Source: Candidatus Heimdallarchaeota archaeon
GTDB lineage: Archaea > Asgardarchaeota > Heimdallarchaeia > Heimdallarchaeales > Heimdallarchaeaceae
Length of the DNA stretch: 64,000 nucleotides
Assembly: GCA_021399345.1 (NCBI GenBank)
Contig: JAAFKI010000094.1
Location: forward strand, 32,001-96,000
Reading direction: 5' to 3'
The position numbers and the translations under genes are program-made. Shown one piece after another: positions 8,951 to 18,786 of this stretch. The first letter of the stretch is position 1. Each line of letters begins with the position of its first letter. A model generated the notes under the pieces. It was given only the letters and a program-made list of their open reading frames with translations, searched no databases and was not told where the DNA came from.

Positions 8951-10663
8951 CTATTTCTTAATGACTTCTTGTTTAATGTCAGGCCCTCTAGTAGTAACTC
9001 TAGAAGTAGTATCAGTTTGTCGTAAATCTTTTCGTGAGACTTTTCCAACAGCAGTTCTTGGTAAATCTTCCTTGTACTCAATAATTGTTGGTATTTTGTA
9101 AGGAGCTAATTTATCTTTGCTGTAAGCTTTGATTTCATCACGAGATAATTCTTTAGATCCTGGTTCAGCAACTAGAAAAGCTTTAACTTTCTCAGTATTT
9201 CCATCTTTGACTTGAACGACTCCAGCCATATTGATATCGGGATGTGCATAAAGAACTTCTTCAACATCACTAGGCCAAACTTTGTAACCAGACACGATAA
9301 TCATATCTTTTGCTCTGTCTACAACTGAGAAGAAACCTTCTTCATCCATAGTAACAATGTCACCAGTTCTTAACCAACCCTTAACTAGAACTGCATCTGA
9401 AGCTTCTTTGTTATTCCAGTATCCTTTCATGACACTAGGACCACGAATCCAAAGTTCTCCTTCCTTACCATGGTCACTGATTTCTTCTTGGGTATCAAGA
9501 TCAACAACCATTGCTAAAGTGTTAGGAATTGGAATACCAATAGCATTAAGCTTACGTAATTCCTTATTTCCAGGATTGACATGAGTTACCGGAGAACTTT
9601 CACTAAGTCCATATCCTTCAATTAATAATCCTTTACTAACTTCTTCAAACTTCTCGCAAGTTGATTTTGGCAGACCTTCACCACCAGAAATACACATGTA
9701 AAGGGATGAAAGGTCATATTTGGCTATATTAGGATGTTCAGCTATTTTTTGATAGAGAATAGGGACAGCAAACATGAAATGAATCTTGTGTTTGGATACG
9801 CTCTGCATAACTTCCTCAAGTTGCCTTGGATCGGGAATGAGATAAAGTAATCCTCCAACGGCTATGGTCCAGAGAAAAGAGGTCGAAAATCCAAAAATAT
9901 GGGACATGGGAAGACAACCAGATATTCGATACTGACCTTCAGGGCGAGAAGGTAACCATATGTCCCAATAAGGTAAAATAGTAGCTTGAGCCATAAGATT
10001 GTAATTTGTGAGCATGGCGCCCTTCATGATTCCAGTAGTACCTCCTGTATACTGGAGCAAAGCTACATCTTCTTTTACATCGATTTTTGTTTCTATTCTC
10101 TTATTTTCTCCTTTCTTAAGAAGATCTTTGTAAACCAGTTCATCTTTTACTTTAGGATTTTTCCTTGCAATTACATTCTTATACAGAAAAGCTGTAATTC
10201 CTGGTAGCTCATCTCCTACCGAAGATACTATGACGTGCTCAAGTTTGGTATCATCTTGTACTTCTCTTATTTTGTCTAGAAAAAGGTCAAGTGTAACTAT
10301 AACTTTTGCTTCACTATCTTGTAGTTGATATCTTATTTCCTTTGGAGTATACAAGGAGCTTATCGCTGTAAATATTGCTCCTAATGTATTTGTTGCGAAA
10401 AATGTCACAATATATTGTGGGCAATTTGGCATCAAACAAGCTACTCTGTCTCCTTTTTTAACTCCTAAATCCTTAAGAGAATTTGCGAACCTATTCACTT
10501 CTTCTTCCATCTCTGAATATTTCTTATATTTTCCCTTAAATTCTGTTAAATCTCTATTAGGAAACTCTTCAGCTGTTTTCCAAAACATTTCTACTACGCT
10601 GGTTAGTGGTACTTCTATCTGATCAGGAATACCTTCACAATAGCTCCATATCTTTTCTGGCAT
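8951..10663 (-). CDS. long-chain fatty acid-CoA ligase
   Basis: AMP-binding motifs LQYTGGTTGIMKG, EGYGLSE, WLRTGD and PRTAVGK. Confidence 0.93.
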   Translation of the reverse strand: MPEKIWSYCEGIPDQIEVPLTSVVEMFWKTAEEFPNRDLTEFKGKYKKYSEMEEEVNRFANSLKDLGVKKGDRVACLMPNCPQYIVTFFATNTLGAIFTAISSLYTPKEIRYQLQDSEAKVIVTLDLFLDKIREVQDDTKLEHVIVSSVGDELPGITAFLYKNVIARKNPKVKDELVYKDLLKKGENKRIETKIDVKEDVALLQYTGGTTGIMKGAMLTNYNLMAQATILPYWDIWLPSRPEGQYRISGCLPMSHIFGFSTSFLWTIAVGGLLYLIPDPRQLEEVMQSVSKHKIHFMFAVPILYQKIAEHPNIAKYDLSSLYMCISGGEGLPKSTCEKFEEVSKGLLIEGYGLSESSPVTHVNPGNKELRKLNAIGIPIPNTLAMVVDLDTQEEISDHGKEGELWIRGPSVMKGYWNNKEASDAVLVKGWLRTGDIVTMDEEGFFSVVDRAKDMIIVSGYKVWPSDVEEVLYAHPDINMAGVVQVKDGNTEKVKAFLVAEPGSKELSRDEIKAYSKDKLAPYKIPTIIEYKEDLPRTAVGKVSRKDLRQTDTTSRVTTRGPDIKQEVIKK

Positions 10664-10893
10664 ATTTCTTCACTACTTTAATTTAGTAAGCTCTGTTAAT
10701 ACTCCTTTAAAATATTTTCTATAAATCAACACTGTTCATTAAAGAAAATTGGAAAAAGCGATTGGAATTAGTCACTAAGTCTTAGTTTAGCTTCTTTACC
10801 CAATCTGGGAATATGTATCCCGAATATCCACAAAGTCTATAATTATTGCTAATATTGGCATTTGATTCCTAATTGATATCCAAACTATTGAGT

Positions 10894-11340
10894 TCACCAA
10901 AATGATTCTTTTATTTTCTTTAGAGCTGAGCTATCTTTAGCTGATTCATCCCATTTTATCATGAGCTCATCTATAATAGTCGTCATCTTTTCTTCTTCCT
11001 CAGCATTTAGTATTCCTGCTTCTGGAAGTTCTTCAAAATTAAAAGTAATCTGTGTTATCACATCTGCAATCATTGCGTTAATTGCTTCTGATTCAAATTC
11101 ATCCTTTATATCTTTTACAAGAGATACAACAAAATTGTTGGTAGCTTCTATATAGACTTCATGGGTTTGAGTTGTAAAGTAATTTGCTTCCCCTGCATCT
11201 AATTCAATCAATGCTGAACGTATTGCAGAAATTACTCCAGAAAATAAAGTAATTTTGGTTACATCATCTTCTTCTGGTATCCTTTCCTTAAAATATAGCG
11301 GAATACCCGTTCTTGAAATAATGTAAACAGCTTGAATCAT
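10894..11340 (-). CDS. stand-alone longin-like domain protein (eukaryotic signature protein)
   Basis: The N-terminal IQAVYIISRTGIPLY and LFSGVISAI are typical of Asgard longin/roadblock-superfamily proteins. Confidence 0.75.
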   Translation of the reverse strand: MIQAVYIISRTGIPLYFKERIPEEDDVTKITLFSGVISAIRSALIELDAGEANYFTTQTHEVYIEATNNFVVSLVKDIKDEFESEAINAMIADVITQITFNFEELPEAGILNAEEEEKMTTIIDELMIKWDESAKDSSALKKIKESFW

Positions 11341-11464
11341 TACAAATGACCTTCGTTAATATGATTTTTAAATCTGATGAGACTGACAAAAGAAAACTAT
11401 TAACTTACTTTCCGTTCTTTTTGATTTCAGAAAGATTTTTGTTTAATGAAAATACAATGAAGCT

Positions 11465-11659
11465 ATGCACATTGTAGTAAATTCAAAGCAAGAAAGAGAT
11501 ATTCTTATACAGTTATTCAACAGCTTAGAGAAGAAAGATATGAACTTTTTTTTGGATTTTGAAGATCCTTTATCTCTTCAAATTGAATCAATTTTTGATG
11601 ATCTATGTTCATGCGAGATACTAATAGACAAAGATGAAGAACCGTCCGGTATTGTCTGA
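11465..11659 (+). CDS. small acidic hypothetical protein
   Basis: 64-aa ORF with ATG start that fills the gap between genes. No motif recognised. Confidence 0.45.
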   Translation: MHIVVNSKQERDILIQLFNSLEKKDMNFFLDFEDPLSLQIESIFDDLCSCEILIDKDEEPSGIV

Positions 11660-11707
11660 AGAGCAAATACAATACAGTTATAATAGCTTTTTACCTATTA
11701 TTTTTAG

Positions 11708-13051
11708 ATGTGGAAAAAACCAGATAGTTGTCAAGAGTGCGGAAGTTTGCTTATAGGGGATTCATTACGTTGTCCTACTTGTGAGAAACTGCTATCTGTA
11801 ACTCCAATTCGAGGTCCATCTAAATCTGATATTTCTCTCACATCTATGTGGTCATTTAGAGATTTTCTTCCAGAATACCCAAAGCCTATTTCTTTGTATG
11901 AAGGTAACACACCACTTATTGAAGTTAAGAATATAGAGAATCTTGCAGATTTAAGTTTGAAGTTAGAATTCCGAAATCCTACTGGTTCTTTTCGAGATAG
12001 AGCTAGTTCTCTAATCATTTCAGATGTTGTTAAGAAAAAATACTCTCAAGTAATTGGTGCAAGTACAGGATCCTTTAGCATCAGTTTATCTGCTTATGCT
12101 GCAAAAGCAGGAATAAAATCTTTAAGTGTTGTTCCCCAGAATTTGGAACTATCTAAAATTGAACAATTGAAGGTCTATGGTAGTAATGTAATTGAAAAAG
12201 GTGATTCTGTAGAAGAATCTATTGCTGAAGCTGAAAGACTTAGTAAAGAAACCTCTGCTTATCTTGCAACTCCTGAAAATAATCTCTTAGCTATTGAAGG
12301 ACAGAAAACCTTAGGACTAGAAATTGTCTTGCAAAAAGAGTTATTTGATGCTTTAATTGTTCCAAGAGGTTCTGGATCTCTTATTTATTCTATCTATAGA
12401 GGATTAGAAGATGCACTTGCTTCAGGATGGATAGAAGAACTACCCAGAATCTATGCAATATCTTTAGAGAAAACAAAGAGTGCTTACATGGCTGAATCCT
12501 TAGAAATTGAGCAACCCTTTCTTTTGAAGGAAGTACAAGAAACAATTAAGTTTTCTAAAGGAAAAGAGATAGAAATTGATGCTCAACAGATGATTGAGGA
12601 AGCATTGAATCTTTCTAAAAAGGAAGGATTATTTATTGAACCAGCTTCAGCTTCTGTTTTAGCAGCTGCTGATGAGTTGATTAAAGAAGAAGAAATAAAT
12701 CCTCAACATAGTGTTGCGATTCTTTCTGGATCCGGTTTTAATGCACTTAATATATATGCTACTCAATTGAGAGATAAAAGAAAAGTTGTCTGGGGATTAT
12801 CTGAAAGTTCTACAACTAAATTCGAGATATTGAATCTTATTTCAGAAGGTAAAGCAACGTATGGAATTTCTCTATGGGAATCCTTAGGGCGAGCTAAATC
12901 TAAACAATCTATTTATCAGCATCTAAATGAACTTAAAGAGAAAGGGTTGATAGTTTTATCTGAACAAGACACCAAAATTAAGCAGTTCAAAGTAACAAAG
13001 AAAGGTTTTGAAACCTTAGAAAAAATGAGAAATCTCATAGATTTTCTTTAA
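11708..13051 (+). CDS. threonine-synthase-like fold type II PLP protein with active-site Lys->Arg, fused to C-terminal winged HTH
   Basis: N-terminal CxxC...CxxC, then EGNTPL and NPTGSFRDR (canonical FKDR), then EGLFIEPASA. The C-terminal SKQSIYQHLNELKEKGLI...VTKKG is a wHTH. Confidence 0.85.
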   Translation: MWKKPDSCQECGSLLIGDSLRCPTCEKLLSVTPIRGPSKSDISLTSMWSFRDFLPEYPKPISLYEGNTPLIEVKNIENLADLSLKLEFRNPTGSFRDRASSLIISDVVKKKYSQVIGASTGSFSISLSAYAAKAGIKSLSVVPQNLELSKIEQLKVYGSNVIEKGDSVEESIAEAERLSKETSAYLATPENNLLAIEGQKTLGLEIVLQKELFDALIVPRGSGSLIYSIYRGLEDALASGWIEELPRIYAISLEKTKSAYMAESLEIEQPFLLKEVQETIKFSKGKEIEIDAQQMIEEALNLSKKEGLFIEPASASVLAAADELIKEEEINPQHSVAILSGSGFNALNIYATQLRDKRKVVWGLSESSTTKFEILNLISEGKATYGISLWESLGRAKSKQSIYQHLNELKEKGLIVLSEQDTKIKQFKVTKKGFETLEKMRNLIDFL

Positions 13052-13122
13052 AAATATTCAATTTTCACTAAAAAGAAACTAAGTGTAAATTTATCAAAAA
13101 AAGTACATAAGTGGATAATGTT

Positions 13123-13437
13123 CTAATCTGAACAGCTTCCATCTTGTAATTTATCTTTAATTCTGTCTCTAATCATGTCTTGAATTTGATCACACAAATT
13201 ATCACAATCGCAATCGCCATCACCATCGCAATCACCATCACAATCCCCTAAACGATTGTTTAGTTGATATCTTTCATGGATTTGCTCATGATCAGTATCT
13301 CCCGAACTGAAGAATGAGAAATATTCGTTACCAGTGCTAACTGTCTGATTTGAGGATGCGAGTTGCATTGTAAAAATCAGAAGAACAGCTAGACTAAAGC
13401 CGATAAATAGGTTCTTTGCCTTCATAGATTTCGCCAA
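13123..13437 (-). CDS. small secreted/membrane-anchored protein with Cys/Asp-rich repeat
   Basis: N-terminal basic plus hydrophobic signal, GDCDGDCDGDGDCDCD repeat, and C-terminal QDGSCSD. Confidence 0.65.
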   Translation of the reverse strand: MAKSMKAKNLFIGFSLAVLLIFTMQLASSNQTVSTGNEYFSFFSSGDTDHEQIHERYQLNNRLGDCDGDCDGDGDCDCDNLCDQIQDMIRDRIKDKLQDGSCSD

Positions 13438-13585
13438 GATGCTATGCTGTACGTATTTATTAATACTTAATGCTTTAGAAAACTAAAGTAATCGTAAAAA
13501 TCTATTATAGATTTTTTTTAGACTTACTGCGCACCAAAAAAGTTATAATGAGTTATTCAAGTTGTAACTTGAATATACGTTAGAT

Positions 13586-14398
13586 GTGATGATTATGGAG
13601 AAGGAAGCAGGATTAGGAGAAGTCTTCTTGAGAGAAGTTACTTCAATAAGAAATTTAGCATTAATTGTGACTTTTACTGGATTGGTCTTTCTTTCAACTT
13701 CGATATTCTTTATTGCAATTCCAACCTCTAGTGGATTTTTCAATATTGGTGAAGTATTTATCTATCTAGCTGCTTTAATTGGAGGACCAATAACTGGCGC
13801 TATTGCTGGAGGTGTGGGGGCTTCAATGGCCGATTTAGCACTTGGTTATGGTTTCTTTGCACCAGGAACAGCTGTTATAAAATTAGTTGAAGGATTTTTA
13901 GTAGGCTTGATTTTCCATTATGGTCGCAAATTGCCGAGTCAGATGAAAAACTTCTTCATGGGAGTTTCCAGCGGTGTATTAGTTAGTATCTCAGCTTTTT
14001 ATGTGAAAGAGGATTTTGTATTTGGCTTTTCATTTTATACTACTAAAACATTTGAAATAACTGTACCAGGTTATGTTTTTCTAATAATCTCTCTTTTCTT
14101 GAGCATATTAGTTTTGATAGTTATTACTTTTTTAAAAGAGAAAGGGGAAATGGCTCTTGCGTGTATTGTTGGTGGGGCATTTATGGTAATTGGATATTTC
14201 ATATATGAGAGATATATCTTAGGATATCCTATTGGAGCTGCTGCATCCGAAATACCATTCAACATTGCACAAGTAGTACTAAGTGCTTCACTTGTGATTC
14301 CAATTGTATCCTATCTAAGTGATCTAGGAATTTTAAGACGCTCTCTGAAGGTAGATATTGAAGAGGAAATAGTGAGTCTGGATGAAGAAGAAGACTAG
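13586..14398 (+). CDS. ECF transporter substrate-binding (S) component
   Basis: IPTSSGFFNIGE, GGVGASMADL and EIPFNIAQ. Adjacent to EcfA and EcfT genes. Confidence 0.88.
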   Translation: MMIMEKEAGLGEVFLREVTSIRNLALIVTFTGLVFLSTSIFFIAIPTSSGFFNIGEVFIYLAALIGGPITGAIAGGVGASMADLALGYGFFAPGTAVIKLVEGFLVGLIFHYGRKLPSQMKNFFMGVSSGVLVSISAFYVKEDFVFGFSFYTTKTFEITVPGYVFLIISLFLSILVLIVITFLKEKGEMALACIVGGAFMVIGYFIYERYILGYPIGAAASEIPFNIAQVVLSASLVIPIVSYLSDLGILRRSLKVDIEEEIVSLDEEED

Positions 14399-14421
14399 TA
14401 CTCAAACAACTTGGTGCAACA

Positions 14422-16059
14422 ATGCTAAAGATAGAGAATCTAAATGTAAAATATCCAACTAGTAAAGAATATGCTTTGGAAAACATCAATTTAGAAGCTT
14501 CTAGAGGAGAATTCATTGTTGTAGCAGGCCCTAGCGGGAGTGGTAAGAGCACCCTTGCTCAAGTTCTAATGACTTTAATCCCCAATTTCACTGAAGCTAG
14601 GATTTCTGGTGAAATCTCCTATAATGGAATTTCCTTTAAGGAGTTGACAAGAGATAAACTTGTTAGCTTACTAGGTTATGTTCCTCAATATCCAAGTGAT
14701 TTTACAACATCATTATTAGTTGAGGAAGAAATTGTTTTTCTGTTAGAAAATCTTGCTCTAGATTCGGAAGAAATTATATCTAGACTTAATCAAGTTTTGA
14801 CTGAACTTGAAATAAGTTCACTACAAAGAAGAGTAATTCCTGAGCTAAGTTCTGGTGAATTGCAAAGAGTTTTTTTAGCATCTGCTCTAGCCTTTGCTCC
14901 CCCTATCATTATATTAGATGAACCTATAGCAAGGATTGATCCAAAAACAGAAGTCAAACTGGTTGAACTTCTGCGAAAACTGGCTAATAATGGCCATTTA
15001 GTTATTGCATTTGAGCACCGCCTTGATTATATTGTGACAAAAGCTGATAGGTTAGTTATTTTAAAAAAGGGAGAGATAGTTAGTGATGGACATCCATCTA
15101 ATAATATTGATCTGTTAGAAGATATTGACCCACCAGAACTATCTCTGATAGATTTCAAAGATAAAGAAAAAATAATTTCTCTTGAAGATCAAGTAGATTT
15201 GAAAAGAATAATCTCAAGAATTAAAAATATGGATATCTCAAAGCTGTATAAGTTAGATAATGAAACATCTAGTGATACAACCATTTCTTTGAATCAAGTG
15301 AATTTTAGATATAACAACAAAACTAACTGGATATTGAAGGATGTAAATCTTCAATTCAAGAAAGGAGAATCTATAGGATTAATGGGGATAAATGGTTGTG
15401 GTAAATCTACTTTGATGAAGGTCATCTTGGGAATTGAAAAAACAAGAAAAGGTGAAGTCTGGATAAAAGGAAGAAAAATCAAGAATGTCAGAAAGGGAAA
15501 AAAAGATTGCATATATGTTCCTGAAAACGCAAAACTATTTCTAGTTGGACCTACGCCCATAAGAGATTTAGAAAGACAGCTTAGAAATAATGAGGAAGTT
15601 ATAGAAATTTATAACAATTTCAAAATGCAAAAGCTGATGAAAAGGAAACTCTATCATTTGAGTGAAGGAGAGAGGAGACTTTTTGCTTTGATAAATTCAT
15701 TTCACTTTCACAAAGATATTATTTTGTTGGATGAACCTACAATTGCTTTGGACAAAAAGGGTCGAAGAATTCTACTTGAACTAGTTGAAACAGCAAAAGA
15801 AAATGGAAACACTGTCATTCTTGCAACTAATGATCCTAGAATTGTAACATCTTTGGATAGATTGGTTGTTATAGAAAATGGAGATATATGTTTAGATGGG
15901 CTTCCTCGAGATGTTCTATATGAGTTGGAAAAACAAACAAATCTGATACCTAATCAAACTGTAAGATTGATTCAAAAACTGGAAAAAGAAACAGGTATCT
16001 CTCTTCCTAAAATTCTAAATCCCGAAGAATTCAATTTATTACTTAAGGAGGTTGAATAG
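14422..16059 (+). CDS. ECF transporter fused double ATPase (EcfA-A')
   Basis: Two Walker A motifs (GPSGSGKST, GINGCGKST) and two LDEP Walker B motifs. Confidence 0.9.
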   Translation: MLKIENLNVKYPTSKEYALENINLEASRGEFIVVAGPSGSGKSTLAQVLMTLIPNFTEARISGEISYNGISFKELTRDKLVSLLGYVPQYPSDFTTSLLVEEEIVFLLENLALDSEEIISRLNQVLTELEISSLQRRVIPELSSGELQRVFLASALAFAPPIIILDEPIARIDPKTEVKLVELLRKLANNGHLVIAFEHRLDYIVTKADRLVILKKGEIVSDGHPSNNIDLLEDIDPPELSLIDFKDKEKIISLEDQVDLKRIISRIKNMDISKLYKLDNETSSDTTISLNQVNFRYNNKTNWILKDVNLQFKKGESIGLMGINGCGKSTLMKVILGIEKTRKGEVWIKGRKIKNVRKGKKDCIYVPENAKLFLVGPTPIRDLERQLRNNEEVIEIYNNFKMQKLMKRKLYHLSEGERRLFALINSFHFHKDIILLDEPTIALDKKGRRILLELVETAKENGNTVILATNDPRIVTSLDRLVVIENGDICLDGLPRDVLYELEKQTNLIPNQTVRLIQKLEKETGISLPKILNPEEFNLLLKEVE

Positions 16060-16785
16060 ATGTCCTTTATGTTAAAGAGAATCTATGATGGTTTTCTGTA
16101 CAAACCTGATAAACTTCAAATTCACCCATTAATTGGAATTATTATCATATCAATTCAATTTGGATTTCTAATTCTAAATAAAAACTGGGTGTTAGCACTT
16201 TTGTTGATATTCATAATTTTTGAAAATGTAATTTTTAGAAATATTAGAGGATCCTTAAGCATTTTATGGGCTCTTTTACCAATTATGATATTTCTAGGAG
16301 GGTTAACTTACCTCTTTGGAGGTTGGGAAATTACATATCGTGTTTTAATGCGTTTGCTTGTTGGTGGTCTAGGTTTTTCCTTTTTCTTTTCTATTATTAA
16401 TCCTTCAGACTTGACAAGAAGTCTTGAAAAATTAAAAATCCCCACCAAAATCGCATTGATTCCTTCTCTAGCTTTAATGATGATTCCTAGAATAGCTAAA
16501 GATGCTGAAGATACTTTTACAACTCTTAAAATTCGAGGTGAAATCAAAGGTTTCTTTCTGAGATGGTTACCAAGAGTATTAGCAATCTTTATTGCTTCAG
16601 TAATCTATAGATCAGAATTTCTAGCACAATCTTTATACTTCAAAGGTTTAGGAATTCAAAAGAGAACTCACTATAGAAAACTTCCATTTAGGTGGGTTGA
16701 TTTTTTTAGATTATTTATCTGGAGTAGCTTTATAGTTTGCTTTATTTTGATAGATAAATATGATTTGTTTTATTTCTTCGTTTAG
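16060..16785 (+). CDS. ECF transporter transmembrane (T) component
   Basis: PSDLTRSLEKLKIP and KIRG coupling motif. Operonic with the S and A components. Confidence 0.85.
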   Translation: MSFMLKRIYDGFLYKPDKLQIHPLIGIIIISIQFGFLILNKNWVLALLLIFIIFENVIFRNIRGSLSILWALLPIMIFLGGLTYLFGGWEITYRVLMRLLVGGLGFSFFFSIINPSDLTRSLEKLKIPTKIALIPSLALMMIPRIAKDAEDTFTTLKIRGEIKGFFLRWLPRVLAIFIASVIYRSEFLAQSLYFKGLGIQKRTHYRKLPFRWVDFFRLFIWSSFIVCFILIDKYDLFYFFV

Positions 16786-18281
16786 AATAACTTAGACAGT
16801 TTCTTCCCATGCTTTTCTTCCAATCTTTTACGAGATAAGTCATAGAAGAATATCATAACAAGTATTCCACTAATAAAACAAAATGCAGGTACTCCAACCA
16901 GGAGTATTTTAATTCCTATTTTCGCTAATCTTGTTTGAGTTTCAGCACTTGGATCATACTTTGTAGCTTTTAGTATTATGGAAATTAGATATGATTGAAA
17001 AACAAGTGATATTCTTATCGCGAATCCATAAAAACCATAGAAGACTCCTTCTCTTCTTTTTCCAGTTTCTTTTCTATCTTTATCGATAATTTCTGATATC
17101 AGAACATCCGGAACTAGAAGTAGACCAGAGATTGAAAAACCTACAAAAAACATTACTATTAACACTATCCATTGCCAGCCTTGTTTTGCAAAAATTAATG
17201 GAAACAGAGCTGTAGAGAAAATAATTCCACTGACTATATATACAAACTTTGGTCCTTTTTTTATAGATATTTTTGCCCAAATTATAAACGTCAGTAAACC
17301 TACTCCAAATGCAATTCCATTGAAATACGTTTCAAATTGTGCATCTTCCATTAATATCCATTTGTTAACATATCTAACAACTGCCATTAAGGTAAGAAAA
17401 GCAATTTGAGATAAGCTAAAGGTTACCATAAAAGCTACAAAATTTTTGTTTTTCAGAATTGTAGAGAGAGATTTTCTAAAACTAATTTTTTCATTGTTGA
17501 TTATTTTTTCTATCTCAACATTTTCTTCATCTCTTTTTCTTTTATAATCACGAATTCCATAAATAGAAAAAAGAAAACCTACTAGAGCTACGCCAACTAG
17601 AATCATAATTGGAGTTCGATAAGAATCCACATTTCCATATTCTATTAATAACGGAGGAATAACAAGAGCTACTACTGAACCAAGCATATTGAGTGTTTGT
17701 CGAACAGCAGCAGCATGATTTCTTTGTTTATCTGTTTTAAATTTTTCAGGAAAGAGGGAACTCCATGATACGAATACAATAGTGTAAAGTGTATCAAAAA
17801 TTAAGAGAAAAGATAGCATATAAACAAACAAACTAAGTTGTATTGCTTTATTCAAGAAGGGAGCAAACATCTCGAATGGAGAGTAATGCATCCAAACATC
17901 ATATACAACATCCCTCCAAAATAGTGAAAAATTGTTTTTAGTTACAACTGAAACACTTTGATAGGTTAACGTTAAGGGTTGAGGAAGAAACCAGAGTGCT
18001 ATAAAAGCAGCTAATAGTGGTACAAATCCAAAGAATATATATGGAAATCTTCTCCCCAATTTTGTGTTTGTTCTATCTGAAATAGATCCAAAGAAAGGAT
18101 CATTTAGGGCATTCCAGATTGCATAAATTGTAATAACAATTGGAATGAAAATTATGTCTAGCATCACTTCGTCGGTGTAGAAATTGTAAATATTCACATT
18201 CAGAAAATTGATTAAAATTGCAGCAGACATCGATAATGAACAATAAGAAAACATTCCTAGCAATTTCTTTTCTCGTTTCAA
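16782..18281 (-). CDS. MFS transporter, glycoside-pentoside-hexuronide (MelB-like) family
   Basis: WNALNDPFFGSISDRTNTKLGRRFPY and TGKRREGVFYG. Confidence 0.9.
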   Translation of the reverse strand: MKREKKLLGMFSYCSLSMSAAILINFLNVNIYNFYTDEVMLDIIFIPIVITIYAIWNALNDPFFGSISDRTNTKLGRRFPYIFFGFVPLLAAFIALWFLPQPLTLTYQSVSVVTKNNFSLFWRDVVYDVWMHYSPFEMFAPFLNKAIQLSLFVYMLSFLLIFDTLYTIVFVSWSSLFPEKFKTDKQRNHAAAVRQTLNMLGSVVALVIPPLLIEYGNVDSYRTPIMILVGVALVGFLFSIYGIRDYKRKRDEENVEIEKIINNEKISFRKSLSTILKNKNFVAFMVTFSLSQIAFLTLMAVVRYVNKWILMEDAQFETYFNGIAFGVGLLTFIIWAKISIKKGPKFVYIVSGIIFSTALFPLIFAKQGWQWIVLIVMFFVGFSISGLLLVPDVLISEIIDKDRKETGKRREGVFYGFYGFAIRISLVFQSYLISIILKATKYDPSAETQTRLAKIGIKILLVGVPAFCFISGILVMIFFYDLSRKRLEEKHGKKLSKLF

Positions 18282-18327
18282 GATAATACCATGAATGCTG
18301 TTAGTCGTTTAAAAGTTTTCGAGTAGC

Positions 18328-18786
18328 TTATGTAAGAAGTTTCATCACTTCATCTACAGCTTCATGAATTTCCAATGAAGGTTCTTGCATAAATTCGACT
18401 GATTTAGCTTGAGCACCTATAAACAAGAACTCCTTTTTTTGAATTTCAATTAAATCTTTTATCTGAGGTAAAGGAATTGAATGACTTGTTAAAGGTCTTA
18501 TATACTCTGATATATCAGTTGTTACCAACACTGAACCTGGTTTAGCACCATAATTTATAGCATCAATTATCACTACAGCATCATAGATGTCCTTAACTAT
18601 AATTTCTACAAGAAAAACCGATATGTCTTCAACTTCCTCAGAAAAAACATTCGTTGGATAGAATTTAACTAATTTTTCAGCCACCATCAAACCAAATGCA
18701 TCATCTGCTCTATCCCTATTACCAAAACAAAAAAAAGCAATTTTGGAGAGTTCTATATTATGAAAAAAAGGGTGGGAAGGTGACAA
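18328..18786 (-). CDS. hydrogenase maturation endopeptidase (HycI-like)
   Basis: GNRDRADDAFG, IIDA and TSHSIPL. Lies directly after the large-subunit gene. Confidence 0.88.
   Translation of the reverse strand: MSPSHPFFHNIELSKIAFFCFGNRDRADDAFGLMVAEKLVKFYPTNVFSEEVEDISVFLVEIIVKDIYDAVVIIDAINYGAKPGSVLVTTDISEYIRPLTSHSIPLPQIKDLIEIQKKEFLFIGAQAKSVEFMQEPSLEIHEAVDEVMKLLT

Noticed and set aside
10740-10893. Possible small ORF or remnant downstream of the longin gene (..LCGYSGYIFPDWVKKLN)
   Set aside because: No clean start, and stops occur in all frames, so it cannot be supported.
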